DNA of 64,000 nt from Methyloversatilis sp. (GTDB lineage: Bacteria > Pseudomonadota > Gammaproteobacteria > Burkholderiales > Rhodocyclaceae), in contig NZ_OZ260098.1 of NCBI RefSeq assembly GCF_965284615.1, forward strand, positions 2,732,318-2,796,317. The letters run 5' to 3'. The notes under the pieces were generated by a model. The model saw nothing but the letters and a program-made list of their open reading frames with translations. It did not search any database and was not told the origin of the DNA. Position numbers and translations under genes: made by a program. This document shows positions 15,942-27,109 of this stretch, in pieces. The number at the start of each line of letters is the position of its first letter. Within the stretch, counting starts at the first letter, position 1.

Positions 15942-18900
15942 TCAACCCACCCACACCCGCGCATTCCTGAACATGCGCATCCAAGGGCTGTCCTCGCCCC
16001 AGTGCGCCGGATGCCAACTCATCTGCACCGTGCGGAACACGCGTTCCGGGTGCGGCATCAGGATGGTGACGCGGCCGTCGTCGGTGGTGACCGAGGTGAT
16101 GCCAGCGGGCGAGCCGTTCGGATTGCGCGGGTAGCGCGTGGCGATGGCGCCGTCGTGGTCGATGTAGCGCATCGCGACCTGCGCCAGCGACTGCGCCTGT
16201 TCGTCGTCGAATACCGCGCGGCCTTCGCCGTGCGAAACGACGATGGGCAGCTTGGAACCGGACATGCCGCGGAACAGGATGGACGGCGAATCCGCCACTT
16301 CGACCATGGTGAAACGCGCCTCGAACTGCTCCGAGCGGTTGCGCTCGAAACGCGGCCAGTGCGCGGCGCCGGGGATGATGTCGCGCAGCTGGCTCATCAT
16401 CTGGCAGCCGTTGCAGACGCCCAGCGCGAAGGTATCCTCACGCTCGAAATATGCGGCGAAGGCGTCGCGCAGTTCGGGGTGGAACAGGATGGACTTGGCC
16501 CAACCGGAACCGGCGCCCAGCACGTCGCCGTAGGAAAAGCCGCCGCAGGCCGCCAGACCCTTGAAATCAGCCAGCTTGACGCGGCCGGCCATCAGGTCGG
16601 ACATATGCACGTCCTGCGCGTCGAAGCCGGCGCGATCGAAAGCGGCAGCCATCTCGACCTGACCGTTCACGCCCTGCTCGCGCAGGATGGCGATGCGCGG
16701 CCGCACGCCTTTGCTGATGAAGGGCGCCGCGATGTCCTGCTGCGGCTCGAAGGTCAGCGCAGCAAACAGGCCGTTGTCAGCCTTGTCGTCGAGCAGCGCG
16801 AATTCCTCGCGTGCGCAGTCGGCATCGTCGCGCAGCAGCGCGATGCGGTGGCTGGTTTCGGTCCACGCCTTCTGCAGTTCGGCGCGCGGCTCGCTGAAGA
16901 TGACCTTGGCGTTGTGCCAGAGACGGATTTCGTCGCGGTCGTTCGGGCTGCCGATGCCGTGCGTGACGCCTGAAAGACCCGCCTCGCGCAGGATGTCCAT
17001 CACCTGCGAGCGCTGGTCCACGCGGATCTGGATCACCGCGCCCAGCTCCTCGGCGAACAGCGCGGTGAAGGTGCGGTCGTTGAAACGGCCGCGCACCGCG
17101 TCCGGCTTCTTGGCCAGCGAATCGACGTTGACCAGCAGCGGATCGTAAGCCAGCGTGTCGAGATTTATCGACAGGCCCACCTTCGATGCGAACGCCATTT
17201 CGCACAGCGTGGCGAACAGACCGCCGTCCGAGCGGTCGTGATAGGCCAGCACCAGGCCGGCATCGCGCAGGCGGTTGATCGCCGGCAGGAAGCGGCCGAG
17301 CAGCACGGCATCGGCGTCCGGCGCGTGTTCGCCGACCACGCCGTAAGCCTGCGCCAGCGCCGAACCGCCGAGGCGGTTCTTCATCTGGCCGAGGTCGAGC
17401 AGCAACAGTTCGGTATCGATTTCCGGGTCGATCAGCAGTTGCGGCGTCAGCGTCTTGCGCACGTCCTCGACGCCGGCGAAGGCGGTAATGACCAGCGACA
17501 GCGGCGACACCACTTCCTTCTGCGCCTCGCCCTCGGTCCAGCGCGTCTTCATCGACAGGCTGTCCTTGCCGACCGGAATCGCCAGGCCCAGCGCCGGACA
17601 GAAGTCGAGCGCCACCGCCTTCACCGTGTCGAACAGCGCGGCGTCCTCGCCCTTGTGGCCGGCCGCTGCCATCCAGTTGGCCGACAGCTTGATGCGCTCG
17701 AAACTGCGCACGTCGGCGGCGGCCAGATTGGTGATCGCCTCACCGATGGCCATGCGGCCGGAAGCCGGCCCGCTGAGCAGCGCCACCGGCGTGCGTTCGC
17801 CCATCGCGAAGGCTTCGCCGCGGTAGCCGGTGAAGCTTTCGGTGGTCACGGCGACGTCGGCCACCGGCACCTGCCACGGGCCGACGAACTGGTCCCGCGC
17901 GGTGAGGCCGCCGACTGAGCGGTCACCGATGGTGATCAGGAAGGATTTGCTCGCCACCGCCGGCATCCGCAGCACGCGGTAGGCAGCGTCCTTCAGGTCG
18001 TAGCCGGCGACGTCCATCGGCGGCGCGTAGGCCGGACGGCGCTGCACCGTGCGGTGCATCTTCGGCGGCTTGCCGAGCAGCACGTCCATCGACATGTTGA
18101 CCGGCTTGGTGTTGAACAGCGGATCGGCCACCGTGAGCTGGCCGTCGGCGGTCGCCTCGCCGAGCACGGCGAAGGGGCAGCGCTCGCGTTCGCACAGCGC
18201 GCGGAATTCATCGATGCGCTCAGGGGCGATCGCCAGCACGTAGCGCTCCTGCGATTCGTTGCACCACAGTTCGGCCGGGCTCATGCCCGACTCTTCGCTG
18301 TGGATGGCGCGCAGGTCGAACCAGGCCCCGTGACCGGCGCCGTGCGCCAGTTCCGGCAGTGCGTTCGACAGGCCGCCAGCCCCGACGTCGTGCACGGCGA
18401 GGATGGGGTTGTCGTCCTGCATCTGCCAGCAGCGGTCGATCACTTCCTGCGCGCGGCGCTCGATTTCCGGGTTGCCGCGCTGTACCGACGCGAAGTCGAG
18501 GTCGGCGGTATTGGTGCCGGTGGTCATGCTCGACGCCGCTCCGCCGCCCAAGCCGATCAGCATGGCCGGGCCGCCGAGCACGATGAGCTTGGTGCCGGCC
18601 GGGAACTCGATCTTCAGCGCGTCGCGCGCGGCGATGTTGCCGATGCCGCCGGCGATCATGATGGGCTTGTGATAGCCGCGCATCTCGCCCATGAAGGGCA
18701 GTTCGAAGGTGCGGAAATAGCCGGCAAGGTTCGGACGGCCGAATTCGTTGTTGAAGGCGGCAGCACCCAGCGGGCCGTCGATCATGATCTGCAGCGCCGA
18801 GGCGATGCGTTCCGGCTTTCCGTACAGCTCGCCGTTCACGCGCTCCCACGGCTGTTCGAAGCCGGGGATGTTCAGGTTGGACACCGAGAAGCCTGCCAGA

Positions 18901-19913
18901 CCGGCCTTGGGCTTGGCGCCACGGCCGGTCGCGCCTTCGTCGCGGATTTCGCCGCCGGCACCGGTGGCGGCGCCGGGGAAAGGCGAAATCGCCGTCGGGT
19001 GATTGTGCGTCTCGACCTTGGCCAGGAAATGCATGGGCTCGGAATGCCAGCCCCAGCGGCCGTTGCGGTCCGGGTAGAAGCGGTTGACCGGCGCCGTGGT
19101 GGCGCCCTCGATCACCGCCGCATTGTCCGAATAGGCGACCACCGTGTGCTGCGGCGTCGCGCGATGGGTTTCGCGGATCATGCCGAACAGGCTCATGTCC
19201 TGCGTCGCGTAATCGATGTTCCAGCTGGCGTTGAAGATCTTGTGGCGGCAGTGCTCGGAATTGGCCTGCGCGAACATCATCAGCTCGACGTCGGTCGGGT
19301 CGCGGCCCAGCTTGGTGTAGGCGTCGAGCAGGTAATCGATTTCGTCGTCCGACAGCGCCAGACCCAGTTCGACGTTGGCGCGCTCCAGCGAGCCGCGGCC
19401 GTCGGCCAGCGACACGCTGAGCAGCGGGCGTGGTGCGACGTGGCTGAACAGCGCCTCGGCGTCGTCGAGCGAGGTGAGCACCGATTCGGTCATGCGGTCG
19501 TGCAGCAAGGCAGCCAGCGCTGTGCGCTCCGCATCGTCCAGACCGCCGCCGCCCAGAAGGCCGCGCGGCAGATCCAGCTCGTACAGCAAGCCGCGTTCGA
19601 CGCGCTGCACGCTGTCCAGGCCGCAGTTGCGCGCGATATCGGTCGCCTTCGACGACCACGGTGAAATCGTGCCCAGACGGGGCGTGACCAGCAGGACATC
19701 GCCTTCGGCCGCGGCTGCCGGCTGCGCATTGAGCAGGGCGCACAGCTTGCTCAGCTCGTCGGCCGACGGCTGCGCCGTGCACTCAACGAAGAAGTACTGG
19801 GTGGCGGTGAGCTCGCGCAGCTTGGGAAGCGCAGTGCGGCATTCGTCGGACAGGCGCGCCAGACGCGCGGCGGAATATGCGGGCGAGCCGCGGAGCTTGA
19901 GGAGATGGGCCAT
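15942..19913 (-). CDS. purL: Phosphoribosylformylglycinamidine synthase (large single-chain form)
   Basis: [46 protein letters not shown]. Confidence 0.98.
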   Translation of the reverse strand: MAHLLKLRGSPAYSAARLARLSDECRTALPKLRELTATQYFFVECTAQPSADELSKLCALLNAQPAAAAEGDVLLVTPRLGTISPWSSKATDIARNCGLDSVQRVERGLLYELDLPRGLLGGGGLDDAERTALAALLHDRMTESVLTSLDDAEALFSHVAPRPLLSVSLADGRGSLERANVELGLALSDDEIDYLLDAYTKLGRDPTDVELMMFAQANSEHCRHKIFNASWNIDYATQDMSLFGMIRETHRATPQHTVVAYSDNAAVIEGATTAPVNRFYPDRNGRWGWHSEPMHFLAKVETHNHPTAISPFPGAATGAGGEIRDEGATGRGAKPKAGLAGFSVSNLNIPGFEQPWERVNGELYGKPERIASALQIMIDGPLGAAAFNNEFGRPNLAGYFRTFELPFMGEMRGYHKPIMIAGGIGNIAARDALKIEFPAGTKLIVLGGPAMLIGLGGGAASSMTTGTNTADLDFASVQRGNPEIERRAQEVIDRCWQMQDDNPILAVHDVGAGGLSNALPELAHGAGHGAWFDLRAIHSEESGMSPAELWCNESQERYVLAIAPERIDEFRALCERERCPFAVLGEATADGQLTVADPLFNTKPVNMSMDVLLGKPPKMHRTVQRRPAYAPPMDVAGYDLKDAAYRVLRMPAVASKSFLITIGDRSVGGLTARDQFVGPWQVPVADVAVTTESFTGYRGEAFAMGERTPVALLSGPASGRMAIGEAITNLAAADVRSFERIKLSANWMAAAGHKGEDAALFDTVKAVALDFCPALGLAIPVGKDSLSMKTRWTEGEAQKEVVSPLSLVITAFAGVEDVRKTLTPQLLIDPEIDTELLLLDLGQMKNRLGGSALAQAYGVVGEHAPDADAVLLGRFLPAINRLRDAGLVLAYHDRSDGGLFATLCEMAFASKVGLSINLDTLAYDPLLVNVDSLAKKPDAVRGRFNDRTFTALFAEELGAVIQIRVDQRSQVMDILREAGLSGVTHGIGSPNDRDEIRLWHNAKVIFSEPRAELQKAWTETSHRIALLRDDADCAREEFALLDDKADNGLFAALTFEPQQDIAAPFISKGVRPRIAILREQGVNGQVEMAAAFDRAGFDAQDVHMSDLMAGRVKLADFKGLAACGGFSYGDVLGAGSGWAKSILFHPELRDAFAAYFEREDTFALGVCNGCQMMSQLRDIIPGAAHWPRFERNRSEQFEARFTMVEVADSPSILFRGMSGSKLPIVVSHGEGRAVFDDEQAQSLAQVAMRYIDHDGAIATRYPRNPNGSPAGITSVTTDDGRVTILMPHPERVFRTVQMSWHPAHWGEDSPWMRMFRNARVWVG

Positions 19914-19965
19914 GAAAGGACAGCGGGGAAGTGGGCCGCGCACCTGTGTGCGCGGATAAAACCCG

Positions 19966-19971
19966 ATTATA
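19966..19971 (-). promoter_or_regulatory. Probable sigma70 -10 box of purL
   Basis: TATAAT on the minus strand about 55 bp upstream of the ATG. Confidence 0.5.
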
Positions 19972-20002
19972 CGGGTTCGCCCCGCCCGCTGCCCCTGCGT
20001 GC

Positions 20003-20407
20003 TTACTGCTGGAAGCGGGCCTTGGCCTGCTCGACGCACGCATCCTTGGCGTTGCCGCTCATTTCATTGCAGCGGGCCTTGGCGGCCGCGTATTGGGCTT
20101 CGAGACGGTCCTCCGCCGTGTCGGCCCTCGCCTCCCCGGCCTTGCGTCTCACTTTGGCGTCGGCCAGTGCCGATTCGCGAGCGGCCTTGGCTTCCTTGAC
20201 GCAGGTCTTCTTGGCGCTCGAATCCAGCGCATCGCAGCGGGTCTTCGCCGCGTCGTAATCCATGTCGGCGCGCTTCTTCGCCGCGTCGTACTGGGCTTCG
20301 GTCTGCGCCTCGATGCGGTCTTCGACGTCGGCAGAGGCGGCGGGCAGCGAGAACGCGGTCAAGGCGATCGAACACAGTACGGTCAGCACTCGGGCTTGAG
20401 TTTTCAT
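20003..20407 (-). CDS. Secreted helical hypothetical protein with two C-x10-C repeats
   Basis: AGGAG RBS, signal peptide, repeats [19 protein letters not shown] and [19 protein letters not shown]. Confidence 0.75.
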   Translation of the reverse strand: MKTQARVLTVLCSIALTAFSLPAASADVEDRIEAQTEAQYDAAKKRADMDYDAAKTRCDALDSSAKKTCVKEAKAARESALADAKVRRKAGEARADTAEDRLEAQYAAAKARCNEMSGNAKDACVEQAKARFQQ

Positions 20408-20713
20408 TGGAGACTCCTTGGTTCGTTTGATGATGGCCTCCTCAAAAGAGGCCGTCGGATGTTTCAGAGGCAGCACAAGCAGGGCCGCGCCCCGATGACT
20501 TCAGCCTAGCCCCGGCCGCGCTGGAGGCGCGTAAGACGTCGGGGCGCGCCATGTAGGAGAACACCACCCGCGGCTGTCGGACCCGCCGAACTGGCGGAAC
20601 ACGCCCGCTTCGCAATAGCATCTGCACCTGCGGCCTGCGCGCCCGGGCACTGCTCCGGGACACCGACCAGCCTGTCGGCCGGCGAGCGCCGCGCGAAAAG
20701 GAGCCGAAGCACG

Positions 20714-21586
20714 ATGTCCGCCGTTGTCCCTCTCCCCGACGTGATCGACGCGAACCTGACCAATTTCCAGCGCGACGTGATCGACGTGTCCCAGCGCATG
20801 CCGGTACTGGTCAACTTCTGGGCACCGTGGTGTCAGCCCTGCCGTGTCCTGACCCCCAGACTGGAGGCGCTGGCCGCCGACTACGCCGGCCGGGTGCGCC
20901 TGGCCAAGATCAATTCCGACGACAACCCGGAACTCGCGCGCCGTTTCGGCGTGCGCGGCATCCCCAATGTGAAGGCCTTTGTCGGCGGCGTGGTGGTCGA
21001 TGAATTCACCGGCGTGCTGCCGGACCGCGAACTGCGCGATTTCATGGACGCGCTGCTGCCGTCGCCCGCCCTGTCCGCCTTCGAAGAGGCGCAGGCCGCG
21101 CTCGCGCGCGGCGACGCCACCGCCTCGCTCGGTCTGTTCCAGGGCGCGCTGGCCATCGATCCGGGATTCGAACCGGCTGTGCTCGGCCGGGTCGAGGCTC
21201 TGATTGCGCTCGGTCGGCTCGACGACGCCCAGGCTGCGCTCGACGCGCTGCCCTACGAACAGGACGACCGTGCACGCATTGGCACGCTGTATGCGCGCAT
21301 TGCCATCGCGCGCCGCCAGCCGGGCGATGACGACGAGAACTACGCCGCCCGCATCGCGCGCAATCCGGGCGACCTGACCGCCCGCCTCGCCTTCGTTGCG
21401 GAACTCGCCGCGCGCGAACAATGGGAGGAAGCGATGGAACAGGCGCTGGAAGTGGTCCGCCGCGACCGCAGCTTCGAGGACGACGCCGGCCGCCGCGCTT
21501 TGCTCGACCTGTTCGCGCTGCTCGGCTCGGACGACGAACGGGTGCGTCGCTACCGGCGCGAACTGGCCGCCGTCCTCAATCGCTGA
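20714..21586 (+). CDS. cnoX: Thioredoxin-TPR chaperedoxin (YbbN/CnoX)
   Basis: FWAPWCQPC, GVRGIPNV, C-terminal RYRRELAAVL. Confidence 0.9.
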   Translation: MSAVVPLPDVIDANLTNFQRDVIDVSQRMPVLVNFWAPWCQPCRVLTPRLEALAADYAGRVRLAKINSDDNPELARRFGVRGIPNVKAFVGGVVVDEFTGVLPDRELRDFMDALLPSPALSAFEEAQAALARGDATASLGLFQGALAIDPGFEPAVLGRVEALIALGRLDDAQAALDALPYEQDDRARIGTLYARIAIARRQPGDDDENYAARIARNPGDLTARLAFVAELAAREQWEEAMEQALEVVRRDRSFEDDAGRRALLDLFALLGSDDERVRRYRRELAAVLNR

Positions 21587-21591
21587 CCACG

Positions 21592-22155
21592 ATGGTGGAA
21601 CGGGTACGCTGCTTTCCGCCGGTGGCCGACCCGGCCACCGCGCGCCTGCTGATCCTGGGCTCCATGCCCGGCGTGGCCTCACTGACGGCGCAGCGCTACT
21701 ACGCCCATCCGCGCAACCAGTTCTGGCCCATCATGGGCGCGCTGTTCGGCGCCGGTCCCGACCTGCCCTACGCCGAGCGGCTGCGCGCACTGACCCGGGC
21801 CGGCATTGCGCTGTGGGACGTGCTCGAAAGCTGCGAGCGCGCGGGCAGCCTGGACGCCGCGATCGACGTCCGCAGCGCGCAGGCCAACGACTTTGCCGCC
21901 TTTTTCGATGCGCACCCGGGCATCGTGCGCATCGCCTTCAATGGCGGCACGGCGGAAAAGCACTTCCGCCGCGACGTGATGCCGCATCTGCGGCCCCCTG
22001 TGCGGACGCTGGATCTGCTGCGCCTGCCCTCAACCAGTCCGGCGCACGCTGGCATGGGTGCGCAGGAAAAGCTCGCGCGCTGGCGTGCAGCGCTGCAACC
22101 CCTGTGCGCGTCCGCGGTCGAAGCGCCGCTTTCAACCGACACCGTTCACACATGA
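21592..22155 (+). CDS. UDG-superfamily glycosylase (Mug/TDG or hypoxanthine-DNA glycosylase-like)
   Basis: LILGSMPG, YYAHPRNQFW, IALWDV, LPSTSPA. Confidence 0.88.
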   Translation: MVERVRCFPPVADPATARLLILGSMPGVASLTAQRYYAHPRNQFWPIMGALFGAGPDLPYAERLRALTRAGIALWDVLESCERAGSLDAAIDVRSAQANDFAAFFDAHPGIVRIAFNGGTAEKHFRRDVMPHLRPPVRTLDLLRLPSTSPAHAGMGAQEKLARWRAALQPLCASAVEAPLSTDTVHT

Positions 22156-23246
22156 CCACCCTGCTCCTGTTCGCGCTCGGCCTGGGCGCGCTGATCGCCG
22201 GCGCCGAACTTCTGGTGCGCGGCGCCTCGAAACTGGCCCTGTCCTTCGGCATCTCGCCGCTGGTGGTCGGGCTCACCATCGTCGCCTTCGGTACCAGTTC
22301 GCCAGAAATGGCGGTGTCGGTGCAGTCGGCCTTGGCGGGCAAGACCGATATGGCGGTCGCCAACGTGGTCGGCAGCAATATCTTCAACGTACTGTTCATC
22401 CTCGGGATTTCAGCACTGATCACGCCGCTGCTCGTCGACAAGCAGCTGATTCGGCAGGAAGTGCCAATCATGATCGGCGCCACGCTGCTGTTCGCTGGCC
22501 TCAGCCTCGACGGCGGGCTGTCGCGTAGCGAAGGGGGCCTGCTGTTCGGCCTGCTCGTTGCATACACCGTTTTCCTCATCGTGCAGAGCCGTCGCCAGAG
22601 CGCCGGCTTGAGCGAGGAATACGCCGACAGCCTGCACAGCGCGGACTTCGCAGCCCACCCTGAGGCTTGGGACGCGCGGCTGCCCGTTCAGCTCGCGCTC
22701 ATCGCCGGCGGTCTGGGGCTGCTGGTGGTGGGCTCCAACCTGATGGTCAACGCCGCCATCGTGTTCGCCCGTCATCTGGGCATCAGCGACACCGTGATCG
22801 GCCTCACCGTGGTCGCCGCCGGCACCTCGCTGCCCGAGGTCGCCGCGTCGATCACCGCCGCTCTGCGCGGCCAGCGTGACATTGCGGTCGGTAATGTCGT
22901 CGGCAGTAACACCTTCAACCTGCTGGGGGTACTTGGTCTGTCGTCTATTGTGGCGCCCGACGATCTGACGCTCGGTACCGCCATGCTGTCGTTCGACATC
23001 CCGGTCATGGTGGCGGTCAGCCTCGCCTGTCTGCCCATCTTCGCGACCGGCAACCTGATTGCGCGCTGGGAGGGCGGCCTCTTCTTGGCCTACTACTGTG
23101 CCTATACGCTCTATCTGATCCTGGCAGCGAAGGATCATGACAATCTCGCCGATTACGCATTCGTGATGCAGACCATCGCGCTGCCGCTGACGGCGGTAAC
23201 GCTGATCGTCATCAGCGTGCGCCACTGGCGGCGGCCCAGGAGCTAG
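22152..23246 (+). CDS. Ca2+/cation antiporter (CaCA, YrbG-like)
   Basis: GTSSPE...NVVGSNIFN and GTSLPE...GNVVGSNTFN alpha repeats. Confidence 0.93.
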   Translation: MTTLLLFALGLGALIAGAELLVRGASKLALSFGISPLVVGLTIVAFGTSSPEMAVSVQSALAGKTDMAVANVVGSNIFNVLFILGISALITPLLVDKQLIRQEVPIMIGATLLFAGLSLDGGLSRSEGGLLFGLLVAYTVFLIVQSRRQSAGLSEEYADSLHSADFAAHPEAWDARLPVQLALIAGGLGLLVVGSNLMVNAAIVFARHLGISDTVIGLTVVAAGTSLPEVAASITAALRGQRDIAVGNVVGSNTFNLLGVLGLSSIVAPDDLTLGTAMLSFDIPVMVAVSLACLPIFATGNLIARWEGGLFLAYYCAYTLYLILAAKDHDNLADYAFVMQTIALPLTAVTLIVISVRHWRRPRS

Positions 23247-23369
23247 ATACCGGCCCTCCGCGCCGCATCCGCGCGCCGTCAGCATCGTGCAAGCAATCCG
23301 CAGGCATACTGGACAGATGAGCCGATCGACGCCATTGCCGACCGCACGCCGCACAGGTGCATGTGAACG

Positions 23370-26300
23370 ATGACGCTTCGCCGGCCGACATCGATTGCAG
23401 GGCTGCTGATCGTGCTCATCGTCACCACCGTGTCGGTCCTGCTGACAGCGGTCGGCGCGCTGGCCTATCGCGCATACAGCGTCGCCGAGCAGGGCGAATT
23501 CGAACGCTCGATCGAGCTGGCCGCCGATCAGCTCGCGGTCGGTCTGGCGCCGGCGGCCTGGAATCTCGAATACGAGCAGGTGCGCAAGCTGATGGAAAGC
23601 CGCATGCGCGACCGCTCGATCTATGGCGTCGTCGTGCAGCTGGACACCGCACGTTTCGCACTGCAGCGCAACGAGGACTGGGAACTGCAGTCGGTCGATG
23701 GCGACATCAACAGCACGGGCCTGTTCGTCAGCGAGCAGCCGGTGACCTTCGGCGAACAGCACATCGGCCAGGTGCGCGTCATCGGCAGTCCGCGTTTCGT
23801 CGACCAGGACCTGCGCAGCGCACTGGCCACCATGGTGCTGTTCACCGTTCTGCTCGATGTGGTGCTGACGCTGGCGCTCTATATCGCGCTGCAGCGCATG
23901 GTGCTGCAGCCCCTGCGCCTGGTCGAGCGCCACGCCGATGAGGTGGCACGGCACGGGCGGTCCACCACCGCGCTGGGCGATCTGAGCTTCCTCGGCGAAC
24001 TGCAACGGCTGACGCAGTCGGTTGACGCCATGGTGACGCAACTTGAAGCGCGCAACGCCGAGCTCGAACGTTCGAACGAGCGCTTCAGGCGGGTGATCCG
24101 CCTGCTGCCGCTGCCGATCAGCCTGTTCGATCGAGACGGTCGCATCCTGTACGTGAACGACTGCTTCGTGGACACCTTCGGCTACACGCTCGAAGACATT
24201 CCGGACGCGCACACCTGGTTCGGACTGGCCTACCCCGACCCGGCCTATCGCGCAGAAGTCCTGCAGACCTGGGGGCAGGAGCTGGCGAGCGCGCAGGGTG
24301 CGTCAGGACTGGTGCGCGCCCGGCCCTATGTGGTGACCTGCAAGGACGGCAGCCGCAAGATCGTCGAGATCGGCGGCATGCTGGCCGACGACCCCAACAT
24401 CACGGTGCTCAACGACATCACCGACCGCACCCGCGCCGAAGAGGAACTGGCGCGCCACCGCGACCACCTCGAAGAACTGGTGTCCAGCCGCACGGCTGAG
24501 CTCGAAGCGGCCAATCGCCGGCTGGAGGAAACCCAGTTCGCGCTCGATCATGCGGGCGTCGCGATCCAGTGGATCGACGCCGCCAGCGGCTGTTTCAGCT
24601 ACGTGAACGATCACGCCTGCACGCTCTACGGCTATCCGCGCGAACGTCTGCTCGGCATGCCGGCACACAGCGTGATCGACGACTTCACAGGCGCACGCCT
24701 GAGCGCACTCGAACCGGCGCTGCGCGCGCAGGGCCAGGCGCGGATCGAGGCCGATGCGCGGCGTGGCGACGGCCGCGTCGTGCCGGTCGAGATCGGCATC
24801 TATTTCGATCCGCCGGCCGACGGCGCTGCTGCGCACTACATCGCCTTCTCGATCGACATCACGCCGCGGCGGGAAGCGGAGCAGGCGCTGATCGCCGCGC
24901 GGCTCGCCGCCGAGAGCGCGGCGCAGGCGCGCAGCGAGTTCCTGGCCAACATGAGCCACGAAATCCGCACGCCGATGAACGCCGTGATCGGCATGACGCG
25001 GCTGGCGCTGCAGACCGAACTGACCGCGAAGCAGCGCAATTTCGTGGCCAAGGCCAACGCGTCGGCAGTGGCGCTGCTGGGCATCCTGAACGACATCCTC
25101 GATTTTTCGAAGGTCGAGGCGGGCCAGATCACCATCGAATCGGTGCCTTTCCGGCTGGACCGCGTATTCGAATCGCTGCTGTCCGTGGTGTCGCTGCGCG
25201 CCGAGGAAAAGGGCCTGGACCTGCTGTTCGACGTCGCGCCCGACGTACCGCCGGTGCTGGTCGGCGACCCGCTGCGCATGGGCCAGATACTGACCAATCT
25301 GGCCGGCAACGCGATCAAGTTCACCGAGCGCGGCGAGGTGCTGGTGTCCTGCCGCGTCATTGCGCGCGAAAGCCAGCACGCGACGCTGGCTTTCGGCGTG
25401 CGCGATACCGGCATCGGCATGAATGCCGATCAGCTGGACGGCCTGTTCCGCCCCTTCATGCAGGGTGACACCTCGATTTCACGGCGCTTCGGCGGCACCG
25501 GTCTCGGCCTCGCGATCAGCCGGCGTCTGGCCGAGCTGATGGGCGGCACGCTGAGCGCGCACAGCGTGGAAGGCCAGGGCAGTACCTTCACCTTCACCGC
25601 ACGCTTCGAAACCGGCGAGTTGCCGGACAGTGCCCGGCGTACGCTGCCGTCGGCACTGCACAAGCGTCGCGTGCTGGTGGTCAACGACAACCCGGAAGCG
25701 CTGCAGATCCTCTGTCGCGACCTCGAACATCTGGGCCTGAGCACCGAGCGCGCGCAGTCAGGCCCGCAGGCACTCGAACTGCTACGCAGCCGGCCACCGT
25801 TCGCGCTGCTGGTGTGCGACTGGAAGATGCCGGGCATGGATGGCATCGAACTGATACGCCGCGTGCAGTCCTGCGACGATCTCGCGCATCCTCCCGCGGT
25901 CGTCATGGTGAGCGCCTATGGCGCGGACGACCTGCAGCAGGCCGGCGCCGGTCTGGCCATCGCCGGCGTACTCACCAAGCCGGCCAGCACCTCGTCGCTC
26001 TACGACGCCATCGTTTCGGCGCTCGGTCATCAGGTCACAGCCGAAGGCAGCAGCGGCGACGCGCCCGGCAGCTTCCGCAGCGACGCGCTGCGCGGACGCC
26101 GCGTGCTGCTGGTCGAGGACAATCCGATCAACCAGGAACTGGGCGTCGAAATTCTGACCGGCGCCGGTGTCCGTGTCACCGTCGCCGAGAACGGTGCCGA
26201 GGCGTTGCGACGGCTCGACGCGGAGGAATTCGACTGCGTGCTGATGGACGTGCAGATGCCGGTGATGGACGGCCTCGAAGCGACCCGCGAAATACGCCGT

Positions 26301-27101
26301 CGCGAGCGACTGAACACACTGCCGGTGATCGCGATGACCGCCGGTGCCATGCCCTGGGAGCGCGAGCAGACGCGCGCCGCCGGCATGGACGACCATGTGA
26401 CCAAGCCAGTCGATGTCGACGAATTGCTGCGCACGTTGACGCGCTGGCTGGGCAGCGTACCGCCGGCGGAGCAGGCCTCGGGCAATTCCGCGCCGACTGC
26501 CGAAGCCGCGCCGCTGCTCGACACCGCCGCCGCGCTGCGCAGCATGAATGGCGCCCGCGCGACCTATCGACGCGTGCTCGGCATGTTCCTCGACAGCGCG
26601 GACGCCGCGCAGACGCAGCTGAAGCAGGCTTGGGCCGATCGCGACTTCGATACGCTCGGGCAGCTGGCGCACCGACACAAGGGCAGCGCGGCAACGCTCG
26701 GGGCGCGTGCCCTGAGCACGGCGCTGGACGCCGTGGAAATGGCCTGCCGTGCCGGCGATCCGGCAGCGATCGACGTTGCGATGACGGACAGCACGCAGGT
26801 GTTCACCGCCACCGTCGAGGCGATGAGGGTGCAGGCGGACGCCGGCTCGCCCGCGCCACCCTCGGCCACCGAACTGGAGATGCTGCACGTTCTGCTGAGC
26901 AGCAACGACAGCGACGCGCAGGAAGCGATCGCCCGCCTGCTGACGCGCCCTCAGCCCGCCGGCATCCTGCCCGTGCTGCGGCAGATGTCGCGCGCCATGG
27001 AGCGCTACGACTTCGACGCTGCCTTGCTGCAGCTGGCTCAGCTGCGTGCCGCGATCGCCGCTGGCGCAGCGGACGCGAGCGGTGTCGAGGGCCTCATCTA
27101 G
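23370..27101 (+). CDS. Hybrid sensor histidine kinase (2TM periplasmic sensor, PAS x2, HisKA/HATPase, REC x2, HPt)
   Basis: FLANMSHEIRTPMN; GGTGLGLAIS; CDWKMPGMDG; MDVQMPVMDG; LAHRHKGSA. Confidence 0.93.
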   Translation: MTLRRPTSIAGLLIVLIVTTVSVLLTAVGALAYRAYSVAEQGEFERSIELAADQLAVGLAPAAWNLEYEQVRKLMESRMRDRSIYGVVVQLDTARFALQRNEDWELQSVDGDINSTGLFVSEQPVTFGEQHIGQVRVIGSPRFVDQDLRSALATMVLFTVLLDVVLTLALYIALQRMVLQPLRLVERHADEVARHGRSTTALGDLSFLGELQRLTQSVDAMVTQLEARNAELERSNERFRRVIRLLPLPISLFDRDGRILYVNDCFVDTFGYTLEDIPDAHTWFGLAYPDPAYRAEVLQTWGQELASAQGASGLVRARPYVVTCKDGSRKIVEIGGMLADDPNITVLNDITDRTRAEEELARHRDHLEELVSSRTAELEAANRRLEETQFALDHAGVAIQWIDAASGCFSYVNDHACTLYGYPRERLLGMPAHSVIDDFTGARLSALEPALRAQGQARIEADARRGDGRVVPVEIGIYFDPPADGAAAHYIAFSIDITPRREAEQALIAARLAAESAAQARSEFLANMSHEIRTPMNAVIGMTRLALQTELTAKQRNFVAKANASAVALLGILNDILDFSKVEAGQITIESVPFRLDRVFESLLSVVSLRAEEKGLDLLFDVAPDVPPVLVGDPLRMGQILTNLAGNAIKFTERGEVLVSCRVIARESQHATLAFGVRDTGIGMNADQLDGLFRPFMQGDTSISRRFGGTGLGLAISRRLAELMGGTLSAHSVEGQGSTFTFTARFETGELPDSARRTLPSALHKRRVLVVNDNPEALQILCRDLEHLGLSTERAQSGPQALELLRSRPPFALLVCDWKMPGMDGIELIRRVQSCDDLAHPPAVVMVSAYGADDLQQAGAGLAIAGVLTKPASTSSLYDAIVSALGHQVTAEGSSGDAPGSFRSDALRGRRVLLVEDNPINQELGVEILTGAGVRVTVAENGAEALRRLDAEEFDCVLMDVQMPVMDGLEATREIRRRERLNTLPVIAMTAGAMPWEREQTRAAGMDDHVTKPVDVDELLRTLTRWLGSVPPAEQASGNSAPTAEAAPLLDTAAALRSMNGARATYRRVLGMFLDSADAAQTQLKQAWADRDFDTLGQLAHRHKGSAATLGARALSTALDAVEMACRAGDPAAIDVAMTDSTQVFTATVEAMRVQADAGSPAPPSATELEMLHVLLSSNDSDAQEAIARLLTRPQPAGILPVLRQMSRAMERYDFDAALLQLAQLRAAIAAGAADASGVEGLI

Positions 27102-27109
27102 GGCCTGCT

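Noticed and set aside
21592-22155. The glycosylase as the cause of the GTCGAC C-to-T signature
   Set aside because: A common, apparently intact repair enzyme; nothing in the sequence links it to that motif, and no methyltransferase or deaminase gene lies in the window
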